Shown: positions 25,922 to 39,265 of the stretch, in pieces
Numbering within the stretch: the stretch's first letter is position 1
Layout of the letters: each line of letters opens with the position of its first letter
Origin: Jimgerdemannia flammicorona
Lineage: Eukaryota
Assembly: GCA_003990765.1 (NCBI GenBank)
Contig: RBNJ01000003.1
Location: 1-64,000 of the forward strand
Direction of reading: 5' to 3'
Length of the DNA stretch: 64,000 nt
Notes under the pieces: generated by a model
Databases searched by the model: none
What the model was told of the DNA's origin: nothing
The model's input: only the letters and a program-made list of their open reading frames with translations
Position numbers and translations under genes: made by a program

Positions 25922-28768
25922 AGTATGGAGAAAGATATATCTTGAGATAATTGATATATACTAGTGTCCTCAGGGTTCATCCATTCATACTTCTTAAATA
26001 GATGCTGATTCCTCTGATGTTGTGTACAAAATAAGATCCTTCCCATTTGGGCTCCAATTTGGAGGCAAAATTCATTTCAATTATACTTCTCCAAATCAGT
26101 ACTTGATCTCCAATCTTAATCTTCTAGTCCTTCTGTTTCTGGTCATAGTACTTCCTTTGTCTTTCTTGGGCTTTGGTTATCTGAACTTGGGCCTGATTAC
26201 ATAACTGTTCTGCCTTCTTGAGGAGATCTCTGAGGTTCTCATGATCAGTAGTTCTGGTTTTCTTAGCAAACATTATTTCAAATGGCTTTTGTTTAGTGGA
26301 GGCAGTAGGGGTATTCTGAATCTTGCATAGGATCTCAGGTAAGCAAAGATCTCAGTTAGTAGGATTGATCTGGGTATGTTCTTTCTTGATGGTCTGGTTC
26401 ATTCTTTCTGTCATGCCATTGGTCTGAGGGTAGTATAATGTGGTCCATTTGAGGTGGATCTTGTGAATTCAGATATAACTTGTAATTACATTATTGATGA
26501 ATTCTGTGCCTCAGTCAGAGGTGAGTTCTTCTGAGTATCTATATCTGAGTGTAAGTCTATGGAGAAGATCTACAATGGTTAAGGCATCTGCGATTTCCAT
26601 TAGGAAAGCCTTGGGTCACTTGGTCAGATGTTCTACAAATATAAGGATGTATTTGTTTCATCTTAGTGTAACTGTTAGAGGTCCAATTACATCTACTCCC
26701 CATCTTTGAAAGATGTGAGTGGGTGGAGGAATTGGTTGCAGAGGAGCTTGATAGTTCTTCTTTCCTTGGTACTTCTGACAGATGTCACATTTCTGGATGA
26801 TGTCCCGAACTTGAGTTCTGAGGTGGGGCCAATGTTGATATTGTTTTCGAATCTTGTCTTCTATGCTTGTCTATCCTTGGTGGGTTTTCTGGTGTTCTTT
26901 TCAGATAAGATCTTCTTGTGCTTTGATAGTCTGAGGAGCTTCCTTTAGAGTGTAGTTCCTTGGGACACCCTTCTTCTGGTTTATTGGGGCTGGCAAGAAA
27001 GTATATCAACATTGTTGTGAGCTTTTCCTGCTTTGTGGATGATGGTGATTTTGTATTTCTGAAGGATAAGGATCCAGCAGGCTAGGATTCTGGTGGGTTT
27101 CTTGCAGTTGAATAGCCATTTGAGGGCTACATGGTCTGTGATCAGTGTGAACCTTTTTTTTGATGAGGTAATGCTTGAACAGAGTAACTACCGATATAAC
27201 TGTAAGATATTTCAGTTTGGTGCTACAATAGTTCATCTGCTGCTGATTGGTAGCTCAGCTTGCATAAGCTATCATATTGGGTTATTGGTCAGATCCTTCT
27301 TGGGCTAGAACTACTCCTAGGCCATCTTTAGAAGCTTCTGAATATAAGATAAATGGCTTCTGTAGATTGGGGTGCACAAGGATTGATGCTGTAGTCATAC
27401 AGTTCTTGAGTTCTTTGAAGGCTGGTTTTTGTAATTCTGTCTATTTTAATGGTACTTCTTTCTTAAGAAGGATCCAGATAGGGGTAGCAATTTGGGTGCA
27501 GTCCTTGATAAAACTTCTGTAGTAGGATACTAGCATCAGGATTAATAGTGTTTTCTTTGGGGTCTTGGATACTGTCAAATTGTTGATCTTCTCAGTTTTC
27601 TTTGAGTCTACATAAGTTCCTTTTTTTGAAACCATAAATCCAAGGAATTCGAGTTTCCGTTTTCCAAAGTAGCATTTCTTTGCATTTAGTCTCAAGTGAT
27701 TCTTGCGGGTGAGCTTGAAGAATTCATCTAGGTGGTGCAGGTGTTCTTCGAAATTTGCTGAATAGATGTTGGAATTGTCCATGTATACAATCAGGCAGTA
27801 GTGGATTAAAGGGGCATAGACTGAATTCATCATCCTCTAAAAGGTGGGGGGTATATTGCAAAGTTCAAAAGGCATTCAGAGGTATTCAAACAGTTGTCCT
27901 AAAGCAATAAAGGCTGTTTTTTGAATGTCTTTGGGATCCATGGAGATCTCATGGAATCCTTCAAAAAGATCCATACTGCTGAAGTATCTGGCATCCTGTA
28001 ACTAATCCAAAAGGTCATCAATTCTGAGCAAAGAATAGGCATTCTTTTCAGTGACTGAATTGAGTTTCCTGTAATCTACACAGAGTTTCCATCCTCCTTT
28101 CTTTGGTACAATAAGTATAGGGCTGGGCCAGAGACTGGTAGAGAGTCGGATGACTCTATTGTTTAAGAGTTCTTAAATGTGCTGTTTTTAAGTAATGGGG
28201 TATTCTATAGGGTTTCTGACAGTTGTGTGTTGTATTTCCTGTATTGATTCTGTGGTGATATGATGGATTGTATGGCAGGTTACCATAATCAGCAGTGAAG
28301 ATATCTTGATATTTGTTGAGAAGTTCTACTAGTTGTTGCTGCTACTGGGGCATCAATTCTTCTCCAATGTTGGTGGAAGGCTTCACTGTCTCCTGGGTCG
28401 CAGAGGGGCCTTTTCTTTCTTCTGGGACCTTTTGCCATTTCCCAATAGATTTAGTATGTAAACTTCTCTATGAGTTTGGTTGAGAAAAGGCACCAGATGT
28501 CCTATGATGATTTCCCAACTTTGGTTGGTTGCTTGGGAGTAAACCAGGTTCATCTTGTCAGGGAATGTGTGTCCTTCCATATCCAAGTGTGGGATATCTT
28601 CATTGGGTTCAAAAAAAAAATTCCTGGGGTTGGGTGGTACAAAGATTTCAAATGTAGTTTGTTCTCCAGGCTCTAGAATGAGATTCTTGTGCATTTGACT
28701 GGTTGGCAGTATACTTTCTGGGGAACATTCCTCTTGAGGTGGTTGACTTGAAGGAGATGTACTTTCTT

Positions 28769-29140
28769 TCTTCCAAATCCTTTGGCTTGTCTTGTTTCTC
28801 CAGTCAGTTTGGAGACCTCTTGTAATTGTGGGGTCTTGATCTTCATGAAGACTGCTTGGGCAATCTTCTGTCCTCTAATAATTTGGTACCACTCTGTGCC
28901 ACTGTTGTATAGGATGACCTTGATTTTGGCTGTATATCCTGGATCAATAGTTCCTCCATCTACAGTTATTCCTTATCTGACAAGTCCAGACCTTAAGGTC
29001 AGTTGGATATAAGCTACTTGAGGTGGCTGCATGGCTAGTCTAGTTCTGATTATGAAAGTTTTTCCAGGCTTAATGGATTCATCCTCCAGACAGTAAAGAT
29101 CATACTCTACATCTTCTGGGTGAGTCTTGGTTGGGAGTTT
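28769..29140 (-). pseudogene. dut: dUTPase domain within Gypsy B pol
   Basis: RSGL, GGTIDPGYTAKIK, GQKIAQ and RQAKGFG motifs on the minus strand. Confidence 0.88.
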
Positions 29141-32100
29141 GGCCTTGGGATATAGCAGGGCATACTGTGCAACATTCTTGCTGAGGTTGAGATATGGCTA
29201 TCTGGTTCCAGTGGAGGAGTCTCAGAGGTAGTTGATTCCTCTTCTTTCTGTTGGGTCCAGGGCTTCCATAAAGTTGATAGTATCTTCTACCCATTCTTGG
29301 CAGGTTATGTCTGATGAGAGCTAGAATGTCTTCTCTCAAATCATAAATCTTAAGGGTTCTTCTTCCTGGCTTCCTGGTCTGGCTTTTTCAGATCTGACTT
29401 CTATTGTCTCCTCTCTTCAAGATATGGATTGCAACATCATGACTGAGGTGAATCTTCTGATGTCTGCAATCTTGGCAGTCTGAGTGTCTTCTATGGTTAC
29501 AATATCCCATTGCTCAGAAATGATGTTCCCAGTTATTGATCTTTTGTTTTCTTGGAAATTGGTATCCATCTTGATCATAAGTTGGAGGAAGAGTAGATAA
29601 GGAGAATATCTCTGTTCAGGTAAAGAAGCCTTGTCCTCTATATTAGCTTTGTAATCTTGTAGTAACTTCTTGAAAGGTAGTTGACTGTGTAACTATAGTT
29701 GAGGGTTCCAGTCTTTGGGGTCTCTGTCTTTCTTGCTGGTCTAGTAGATGGCACTGATAGCAGTAGTCTTGGGGAGAATGGAAGACCATTTGGTGTAGAT
29801 ATCTTCCTAGCTGAAAAGCTCTTTCTTGGTGAGTTTCTTTCTTGGGAATAATGGGGATTATATTGGATTCTTCTTCCATATTCCAAGGGTCATTATCTTC
29901 AGGTGGTGTCCAACAAGAGTCATCTTAGGGAATAAGTTCAGAAACTTCTTCTTCTTCAGATACTTCTTGTCAGGGACTTTCTAGTCAGGAACTTCTTCTT
30001 TCTTGGATGATTCTTGACAACAAATTGCTTGTACTTCTGCAGCTTCGATTGCAGGTATTTCTGGAACATGTCTGTATTTCTTCTTCTTCTTTCTGCACTC
30101 TGGATAGGCTGAGCCAGGCAATTTCCTTATTCCCATGATCTTGGAGGAATGCTTGGGACACTTGTATCTATTGAGACAGATAGAGCATTCTTTGATTTCT
30201 TCTGCAATAGCTTCAATGGTGATAGGGATAGTGTTCTTGGCCCACACATTGTCTTCTAGTCTGTTATCTACGAGATTAATTCAGAGATTGAGTCTGGGAT
30301 CATTTCTATCTTCGGATTCTTTCTCTTTTTCTATGGTAGATTCTTCACTGCTGGCATATTCCTCCTGAATAGTGACCTTCTTTTTCTTCTTTGATTGCTC
30401 ATAGCTGGTCAACTTAACTCTGTACTTCTTGACTCAATAGTCAAACTTGAGTACTTGTTGACTAATATAAACAACTGCATTCATTTCCTTCATCCAGTTG
30501 GTGCCAAGGATCATATCATAGGTGACAGCTTTAGTTATACCTACTTTTGGGATGGGGAACTGAATGTGTCCAAGAGAGGTGGTGATGTTTCATACTTCTC
30601 CAAGAGGTTGAGTTCAGGCTCCATCTGCCACTATGATGCTGAGGTTGGATGGTCCATCAATGGGCCATTGGAGGGGATCCAGGAACTATTTGGCAATAAT
30701 ACAGATAGCTGCTCCTGTGTCTATGAGGATTTTTGCCTTTTGTCCTCCAATATCTCTATATAGGTAAGTGCTGACATATCTTTCTGTAGCTTGAATAGGA
30801 ATGGAAGCTGGCTCTTACTGTGGGATGTGAACTCAGCTAGTACTGGACCTGGTGGTTCTCAGCAATTTGTTTCAGACTCTAGCTGGTATCAGTTGCAGGA
30901 ACTGCAGGAGAGGGACTTCCATCTTCACCTCTTGAATCTTCTACCAGGCTTTATTGTAGATATCTCTAGGCATGATCTTTGGAGTGTACTTCTTCTTGGG
31001 CTTTGAAGCAGCAGGTTTCCATTCTTCTTATTCCATTTCTTCATCCTTTTGTAGTAGCTCATTTGTCTTGGGGACAAAAGGTGAAGGAGTTTGGGGTGGT
31101 ATTTCCACTTATTACTCTTCATATTCTTCATCTTCCTCTTGGATGATTCTTCTGCTGATATTCCTGGATGGTCTTCCTACAGATCTCTTCCTTTTCTCTG
31201 CTAGATAGACTGTTTTCTGAGTAGTAACCTTGGTAGAGTATAAGTCTAGAACACTATAGTCTTCACTGTTACTTGCTTTTTTAAAACTTTGACAGAATGG
31301 ACTTCAGTCTTCTTATACTGAGTGTCATTCCTTTGGTTTGGTGGTTCTGAGTCTCTTTGGTCACTTCTTTTATTGTCACATTCAGTAGTATAGTGTTCAA
31401 ATTGTCCACAGTGAAAGCATTGGACTTGGGCTCTATCTCAGACAGAGTACCTTCTTTTCTCTTACTGGTAGCTTCTATTATCTCTTGGTGGATAACCTTG
31501 GCTCCTCTGTGGCAGGCATCCTCTGTTGTCTTCGTAGCTCTGGTTTTTGTATGTGGTGAGTTTTTTAATCTGTCCAACCAATTGATCCAACTTGGAGCTG
31601 AGGTCTTGGATTTCACTCCTGTTCTTCTTTTCTTCTTTGGCTGGCCTTCTTTCTTCAGATCTCTCTTATCCTTGAAGGAGTCCTTGTAAGGCCTTGACCA
31701 GGATGTCTTCTTTATCTTCTTTCTTATCATGATCACTCCAGGTAGTTCTTTGTCTGATATTAAAGAATTCTTGGGCTACATCTACTTGCTCTTCAGACCT
31801 TCTGATGCCTAGGGTGTGGACATGCTGGGCAATGTTCAGGGGAATTCCATTCATGAAGGTCATTGGACCTATGATGTTCTAGTTGGTACCATTGAACCCA
31901 GTAGCAAATATTCTCTTCTGGATTCTTGTAAAGAAGACCCTGGATAATTCTTCAAGATTCATTTTCATTCTTATGATGGATTCTTGAGCCTTGTGGTGGG
32001 TTTCATTTCCTGCATACTTTTCAATGAGCCAGTAGACCATGGCTATATATTTTAGCTCATAAGATACTATTGCTTATATCTGTCTCACTAGTTCTGAATT

Positions 32101-32815
32101 TGGGTCATTTACTGTTTGGTGGAAAATTCCTCTGGATGGTTCTCTGAGCTGAATCTTATAGATGGTGATTTTTCTTTCATCTGAGAGATTTCTCAGGACT
32201 GCGATTTCTTCAATTCTATCAAGGAATTCTCTGGGGTCTTCTTTCAGATATCCTGCAAAAGTTGGCAATGAGGTGGCCATTTTGTTATCACTTTCTTCTG
32301 ATTCTGGTTCTGGTCCTGATTCTAATTCAGATTTACTCTCTGAACTGTCACTGGAAATACAGGTGCTTGGGTATCCTGAGGATAGTGTTCTGGATCTTGA
32401 GTGAAGTGGAATGAGTCTAGGTATTCTTGTAGGAGCTACTTCCAATTCTGCAAGGGCTTGTGGTAAAGGTTCTATTGATGAGATTGATGGGACTGGTATT
32501 GGGTATCTGGCTGTAAGATCTTGGGCTTGTATAATAAGATCTTCTAGTTCTTATATAAGTTCTTCAAAATCTCCAACAGGGCCACCTGTATTATCTGATT
32601 GATCTGGTTGAATATTTTCGACTATACTGATTTTTGGTTCTGGTTGGGATCCTTCTTATACTGGGTAGTTGATAAGTCTTGATGTGATTACTTCTCTTGT
32701 CTAGATACTGGTGATAACTAGTTCTCCTATAGTAGCAGAGATTTTTGTTGTATCAAATATATCCAGTTTGACTGTGAGTTCTTATGAGCTGAAAAGTCAT
32801 ATCAATTTTGAGATT

Positions 32816-32833
32816 TTCCCAGTTGAGCCCCCA
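32816..32833 (-). promoter_or_regulatory. Primer-binding site, tRNA-Pro-like
   Basis: TGGGGGCTCAACTGGGAA lies 2 nt inside the 5' LTR. It resembles the canonical Pro PBS TGGGGGCTCGTCCGGGAT once CpG decay is allowed for. Decayed copies at 59779-59796 and ~37511-37528. Confidence 0.75.
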
Positions 32834-32835
32834 AA

Positions 32836-34088
32836 TATAACATGCCCAGCTCAATAGAGGTAAATTACAAGGTTGGGGGTTGATGTAGTTTGGCTTGAGC
32901 CCCCAGTTATTTTGTCAAAAAGCAATAAAATGTTCTAAGATTCCTAAGGTCCTTGTTGGTATTTAGTGGCATAATAGTCAAAACTGGATGTCTGCAAGCA
33001 ATTTCCTTATTGGGACAGTTCTCTAAGTATAGCAGTTATTTGTGTATAAATGGATTTCCTTCTTGGGTCAACTGAAAATTAGTAGAAATTTAGGTGTAGT
33101 GTGAGCTCCAAAAGTATATGATTTCTGAGTGATGATTTCTTATATAGTATGATGATCTTGTGTGCAATTTAGTGGTTTCTCCTTCTTGGGTGGTAGGCAA
33201 TCACTATGTAGTACATATAATGATCTTCTTACTGGGAATAATGCTGGTAGCAGGTAACTTGATAACTTGGACTCACTGGGAACAATGAATAACTCAGATG
33301 TTGGATAACTCAGATAACTCAGATATCATGGATTCTTCCTAAATTAGCAGCTTCAACTGGAAATACAAACAACTGATGGCTTTGGGAAATGGTCTCTTGG
33401 CAAAGTTACATCAAAGACTGTCTTCATTTATATAATAGATTACTGTGAAGTTGTATCAGAAACTTGCTTGAGTAAGGTGGTTTTCTTTTAGGCTTTCTGG
33501 GAATACAGATAACTTAGAAATGATGGCAAAGTTCTTCCTTGAACTTGGGTGGCAAACTCAGATTCTTCAGGCTTAGTCTGGCAAGTATACCAATAATTCC
33601 AAAGGTGGTGAAGTTCTTCACTCAAACTTGGTGGCAAAATCAGCTTTGTATCAGAAAGTAGAACAAAGTGAAAAGAGGACCAATGTTCAAGCTTCTTTGG
33701 TATTTGTATTTCAAACTGAGGTTTATTCACTCTTGTCTCTGGGTATTTTTATACAAGTTGGTTGCTATCTGATTACTATGTGGCTAACTATAGATTTATT
33801 ACTTCTGGTAATGTTTGAGTATATCCTCTGGGTATGGGTGTGCCCACAGGACATGAGTGTGTCTACAGGACATGAGTGTATCTATAGGACATAAGTGTGT
33901 CTGTCAGATAAAGGTGTGTTCTCAGGACATAGATAAATAACCCTGGTCTGGTATTCTGGCTAATTATAAGTATGGCAGATATAAGTAACTATGATATACT
34001 GAAAGTCATATTATATTGGCTAAATATGCTAATTGTCAACATCATCTGGCTAAGTTATAATTCAGGTGGTATATTTTGGTTTGTTATA
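32836..34088 (-). repeat. Gypsy B 5' LTR
   Basis: Direct repeat of 24100-25366; adjacent PBS; 18-bp tandem repeats in U3. Confidence 0.93.
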
Positions 34089-36280
34089 ATATATACCCAA
34101 GCCTGAGCCAAGAATAATAGAGATCAAAGATGAAGATAGCAGTGAATCCTCTAATAATAAGAGATTCTCTATCTCTATAAAGTATAAAAAGAGCTCAAAC
34201 ATTCAGCAAGAAACTCATTCAGAATTGGGAAATTATTAGAATATATGTATCAACAAGCTCTCAATGGCAATATAAGAACCATGTGAGCTATGCTGAACTA
34301 TATGGATGCATATATATTGTAATATCTTCTTATAAGATAAGTATATATAATGAAGCTATAACCAATTCTGATAGCAAGAAATGGAAACAAGTAATGGATG
34401 AGGAATATAATTCACTTATCAAGAACAGTATATGGGATCTCATATTCCTTCTACTCAATTGTCAAGCAATTAGATCCAAGTGGGTATATAAGATAAAATG
34501 TAATACAAATAGTGATATATAGTAGTATAAAGCTTGTTTCATTACCAAGGATTATTGATAAGATTACAGCATTAATTATGATAAAACATTCTTATCAGTA
34601 TTCAAGCTTACTTTGCTTAGAATACTCCTTATGATTGATACACTATACAATCTAGAAATCTATTAGATGGACATTAAGATAGTTTTTCTGAATAGTGATA
34701 TTGATACCAAACTATATATTTATCAACTACAAGAATACAAACTATATGATAACCAGAATAGTGAGCTCATATACAGATTATATAAAGGATTATATGATAT
34801 CAAGCAAGTAGTATAGCTATGCAATAAAAGGATTGATAAATATCTTCTTAATAATGAATTCATTATGAAGCAGGTAATTGCATATACATCTAGCATTATA
34901 ATAATAGCATAGTATTCATTAGCATATGGGTTGAGAATATCATCATTGTAGCCAACAAGAATAGACTTAACGGAGTAAAGAAAACTCTATACCAAGAATT
35001 CAAGATGATTAACATGGATGACACATTCTTCCTTTTGGAGAATCCATCATATATAATAGAAATATGTGTGCCATATATCTCTTGCAAAAAACTTACACCA
35101 AAGCCATCCTTGAATACTTCAATATAAGTAAATGTAAGCCAGTTAGCAATCCTATGGATGCTTCTATAAAGTTAAGTAAACTATATACTATACCTGAGGA
35201 TGATGACAACAAAAATATTCCCTATTGGCAAGCAGTCAGCTCTCTTATATATCTTATACTTAGGATAAGACCTGATATATTATATACTGTAAATAAGGTG
35301 GTGCAGTATTCCTCCTACTATGATAATTTATATTATAGTATCATTAAGAGGATTTTCTGATACTAAAAGAGATTAGTATACTATATACTCATACTGGACA
35401 GTGACATTGAATTTAGCAGGAGCAATGGTAAGAGTAATAGTAAGAGTAACAGCATCTAGCTATCTGACATATGTGACACTGATTGGGCTGGAGACTTAGA
35501 TTACTACTGGTCTATAACTGAATATCTCTTCTACATTAATGACCAAGAATACCTCATTTTATAGCAAGTATATACATAAGTAATATCCTCAATACAGGCA
35601 GAGTACCAAATATTATCATTGATAACAAAGGAAGCCTTTTGGCTCTGTAAACTATTAAAAGAGCTTGGCTTTACTCAGAAGAACCTTATGCTGATCAAAC
35701 AAGATAATCAATTAACAATAGTACTCACCAAGAACTCAATAAACTATAGCAGAATGAAATATATCAATATATAGTACTATTTCATTTTTAAATATATTGT
35801 AAATAGTGCTATATACTCGGAATATATCCCCATAGAGTATAGGATTACAGATTTACTTACTAAAGCTCTTACAAGATCAAAGGTTGAGCAATACACTAAT
35901 GAAATAGATCTTATATCAGCACTTGATTGATCATGAGATATCTTTCAGACTATTGAAAGCCTTTACCACATTCTACATCTATATATATTAGTTATATCTC
36001 TCATCTATGAGTGGATAACATTATATTATATTTCTATAAATATTTCAGATATTTCAGAATACTTTTTGATCTGCAAAAATTCCAATATTGCTGGTCTTTT
36101 ACTATATTCTTTATCTATTTTCATGCTTATAAGCAGAAAATTTTGACCTTCTGCAGTTATCTAGATAGTACCCTGTTGGTCATATTTAGTTTACTCTAGT
36201 TTACTTCTATTCTAGTTTGTATTCTTCCTTTTTGAGTACATTTGATATTTCTTTTTGTATACATACTTATTAAGTAAGAG

Positions 36281-36404
36281 TGTTGAGATAGTAACTTGAT
36301 ATATCAATATATGATTGGTGATTTCATCAGTCTTATATTATCTATCAGTAATGTATGAAATATATATCCTATATAAGCTCAATAAAAAGCCCCTCCTTTT
36401 AACA
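36281..36404 (+). repeat. Copia F 3' LTR
   Basis: TGTTG...TAACA termini, preceded by a purine-rich AAGTAAGAG; contains TATATAA and AATAAA. Confidence 0.8.
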
Positions 36405-38519
36405 TTTTTCTCAATATTATTTGAAGTAGTTTCTTACTTGACATCAATATATATCTGGGCTATATCTACTTATTTATTAGGTTTCTTAATATAAATAGTA
36501 TGAATATACTAAGTAATATTGGAAGAGATTCCATTTATAGAGATTATTAAACTGTTAATATCTTAGTTAGCAGTACTGAAATCAGGAATATATATTCTTT
36601 TCTGAATTATTATACAGAATTCTTTTGGGGATTTCTGAGATTTATCTTCATTCTTATAATAGATTCTTAGATTTTATAGTAAGTTTCTGTTCCTATATAC
36701 TTTTTAATAATCTAGTAAGAGATGGCTTCATATTTATCTACATAGTAGTATATATTAGCTATATAAAACCTCAGATCAGAGTTTGGATTATTTCATATTC
36801 TAGTAAAGATTCTTTTAGCCAATTTTCTCAGTTATATCTTGAAGACTATAATTTGTTTTCTGGGATCAAGGTCCTTTAGAGATGTAATTTATTCAAGATT
36901 ATCTAGAAATTCTCTTGGAACTTTTTCTAAATATTCTACAAATATTGGTAGAGATGCTACTATTTCTTCATTACTATCTTCTAGATTTTCTTTAGTTTTA
37001 GGGCTGTTTTACTTATTGTAGATGAACTGAGTCTAGTTGAGCTACTGGGAGTTAATAAAGTTGAAGGATTATACTTGGTCTTTAGAGTACTGAGATACTT
37101 CTTACTATTCTTAAGAGTACTAAACTCAAAGAATCTGCTAGTCCAGATAGATAAGATAGGTGAGACTTTTAGAAAAATATGAAAATATGACAATATAGTT
37201 TGTATTAGTTTCTCAAAATTTTAGATAGAGTTTCTATATTATCTGGTTGATTATATCTCTTATAAGAAAGTCTGCTAGTACTTCTGGAGTATTCATAAGC
37301 TATACTCTTGGTAATTGGACTGGTTGAGAATTATATATAGTGCTGGCCTCTGGTTGAGATTCTTCTAATACTAGAGAGTTGATAAATCTTAAGGTAATTA
37401 CTTTTCTTTCTATTCTCCTATAGTAGTAGAGATTGGTACTCTATCAAATATATTTAATTTAACTATTAGATTCTTATGAGCTGAAAAGTTATATATATTT
37501 AAAGAATATCTTTCCAGTTGGGCCTCCAAATATAATATACTAGCTCAATAGAGATAAATAATAAGATAGGAGCTGTTGTGTAAATTGGCTTAAGTCTATA
37601 GTTACTTTGTCAAAAAGTAATAAAATTTTTATTTATTTTTCAAAAGTATAAGTTCTCTGATTTATATAGTATAAATGATTTCAGTAGTTTCATTATTAGG
37701 TGGATTTGGTATAATATAGCAATTTCAGCAGATTTCTTAAATAATATAAATTTATAAATAGCAGATTTCTCTTCTGGCTCAGTCTGACAAGTATACTAAA
37801 TATATTAAATTTCTCTTCTGATATAGTCCAGTAAGTATATTATATATATCTGATTTCTCTTCTAGCTTAGTCTGGCAATATACCAAAATATAATCAATTT
37901 TTTAAATTCAGGCTTAATCTAGTAAGCAGACAAAAATTATCAGACTTCTATTGATAAAGTTATATAAATTAACTACTTTATTTATATGAATAAGTTTACT
38001 ACAAAGATGTGTCTGATTAACTAGCTTAGGTCAGAGATAACAAAATTCTTTTCTTTATATCAAAAAGTAGATTAGAGTAGAAAAGAAAGCTCACAATCTT
38101 CTAAATATTAGCTATAGATTGAATATTTCTTCTAATTATTACAATTCTTTCTAGATCAAGGTAACTTTTGACAGATATATATATTTCTTAAAGTGTATTA
38201 GATAGACTTGTTTTTTACTTTAGAATATTTCAGATTGAGATCTATTAACTCTTTTCACTGAAGTATTTGATATAGTTATAGTTGCTAGCTAGTTACTATA
38301 TAACTACTTATATAATATATAATAAGATTAATTTTAAAAGATATTTTCTCAGAGAATAGATATTTCTTCAAAGTACAGATGTTACTCCAGAGTTCTATCT
38401 TGATATTATAGAATTTGTTCTAATTTAGTATATCAGAATATTTATACTATAGTAGTATATAAGGATAACAATTAAGATAATTATACTAAGTATTTTGTAC
38501 ATTATCTAATTATATTACA
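36405..38519 (-). mobile_element. Gypsy D, right part (gag N-terminus, PBS and 5' LTR 37531-~38519)
   Basis: Colinear with B from ~31723 into the 5' LTR; PBS-LTR junction TTTCCAGTTGGGCCTCCAAATATAAT at 37511-37536. Confidence 0.75.
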
Positions 38520-38953
38520 ATGTTTATTATATATAGAGTTAAAGTAAATATTGCATCAGAATTATAATATATTAAATAAGAGAAATATATATAGTATATC
38601 AGTTATTTAGTAATAAATTAAGTTACATATTTAAAAAATATAAATTATCTACTATGTATTACTTACTATATTCAATATATAAACATAGAGACAGTATATT
38701 TGAAATTTATATTTTTCAGATAAAATACTTAGTGAATGATACAAAAATAATATTTTTATAAATTTGTCATAATAAAGATTTCATTTATTATATATGAAAG
38801 ACTCTTACTATCTAATATTTAAAATATTAAAAAATTACAAAAGATTTAAATAGTTTAATATATAATTGTTAAGTAAAATAATTAATTTGAAGAGTTTTAT
38901 TAATTACATATAATGAAATTATACAAATGAATAAAGAGACATATATCAAATAA

Positions 38954-38955
<2 letters not shown>

Positions 38956-39038
<83 letters not shown>
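38956..39038 (+). repeat. 83-nt pure poly(A) tract
   Basis: Uninterrupted A run preceded by TAACT. Confidence 0.9.
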
Positions 39039-39043
<5 letters not shown>

Positions 39044-39265
39044 AACAAAAATAAAGAAAAAGATTCAAATATTAAAAAGTAAGCTAAAAAAATAAAATAA
39101 AATAAAAAAATTACTCTCTTACACAACTATCTGCTATATCAAAGCTACAAATGCTAATATAAAATTATATAAAAAAGAAAAACAGAAAGTTAATAATTTT
39201 TAAAATAGGGAAAAGTGCAGAATATTATTCTAAAGATTATAAAGATAGAATGAAACTCCACCTAC

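Larger units (their letters stand above)
24100..34088 (-). mobile_element. Gypsy B: full-length decayed Ty3/Gypsy element (LTR-gag-PR-Cys-rich insert-dUTPase-RT-RH-IN-ORF3-LTR)
   Basis: LTRs 24100-25366 and 32836-34088; ATAT TSD at 24096-24099 and 34089-34092; knuckle CFHCGQFEHYTTEC (~31380-31420); RT ORF 27441-27833 (YMDN, LEFLGF); integrase with PKWEGSY (~26035-26055). Confidence 0.95.
18865..36404 (+). mobile_element. Copia F: decayed full-length Ty1/Copia element inserted in Gypsy D gag; split by insertions at 21047-23349 and 24100-34088
   Basis: ~124-bp LTRs at 18865-18989 and 36281-36404; decayed 5-bp TSD TTCTT/TTTTT; order gag-PR-IN (ORF 20932-21126)-RT (ORFs 34283-34522, 35064-35360)-RH (~35470-35900). 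Confidence 0.87.

Noticed and set aside
38869-39126. Poly-Phe ORF
   Set aside because: Artefact of translating the poly(A) tract on the minus strand.
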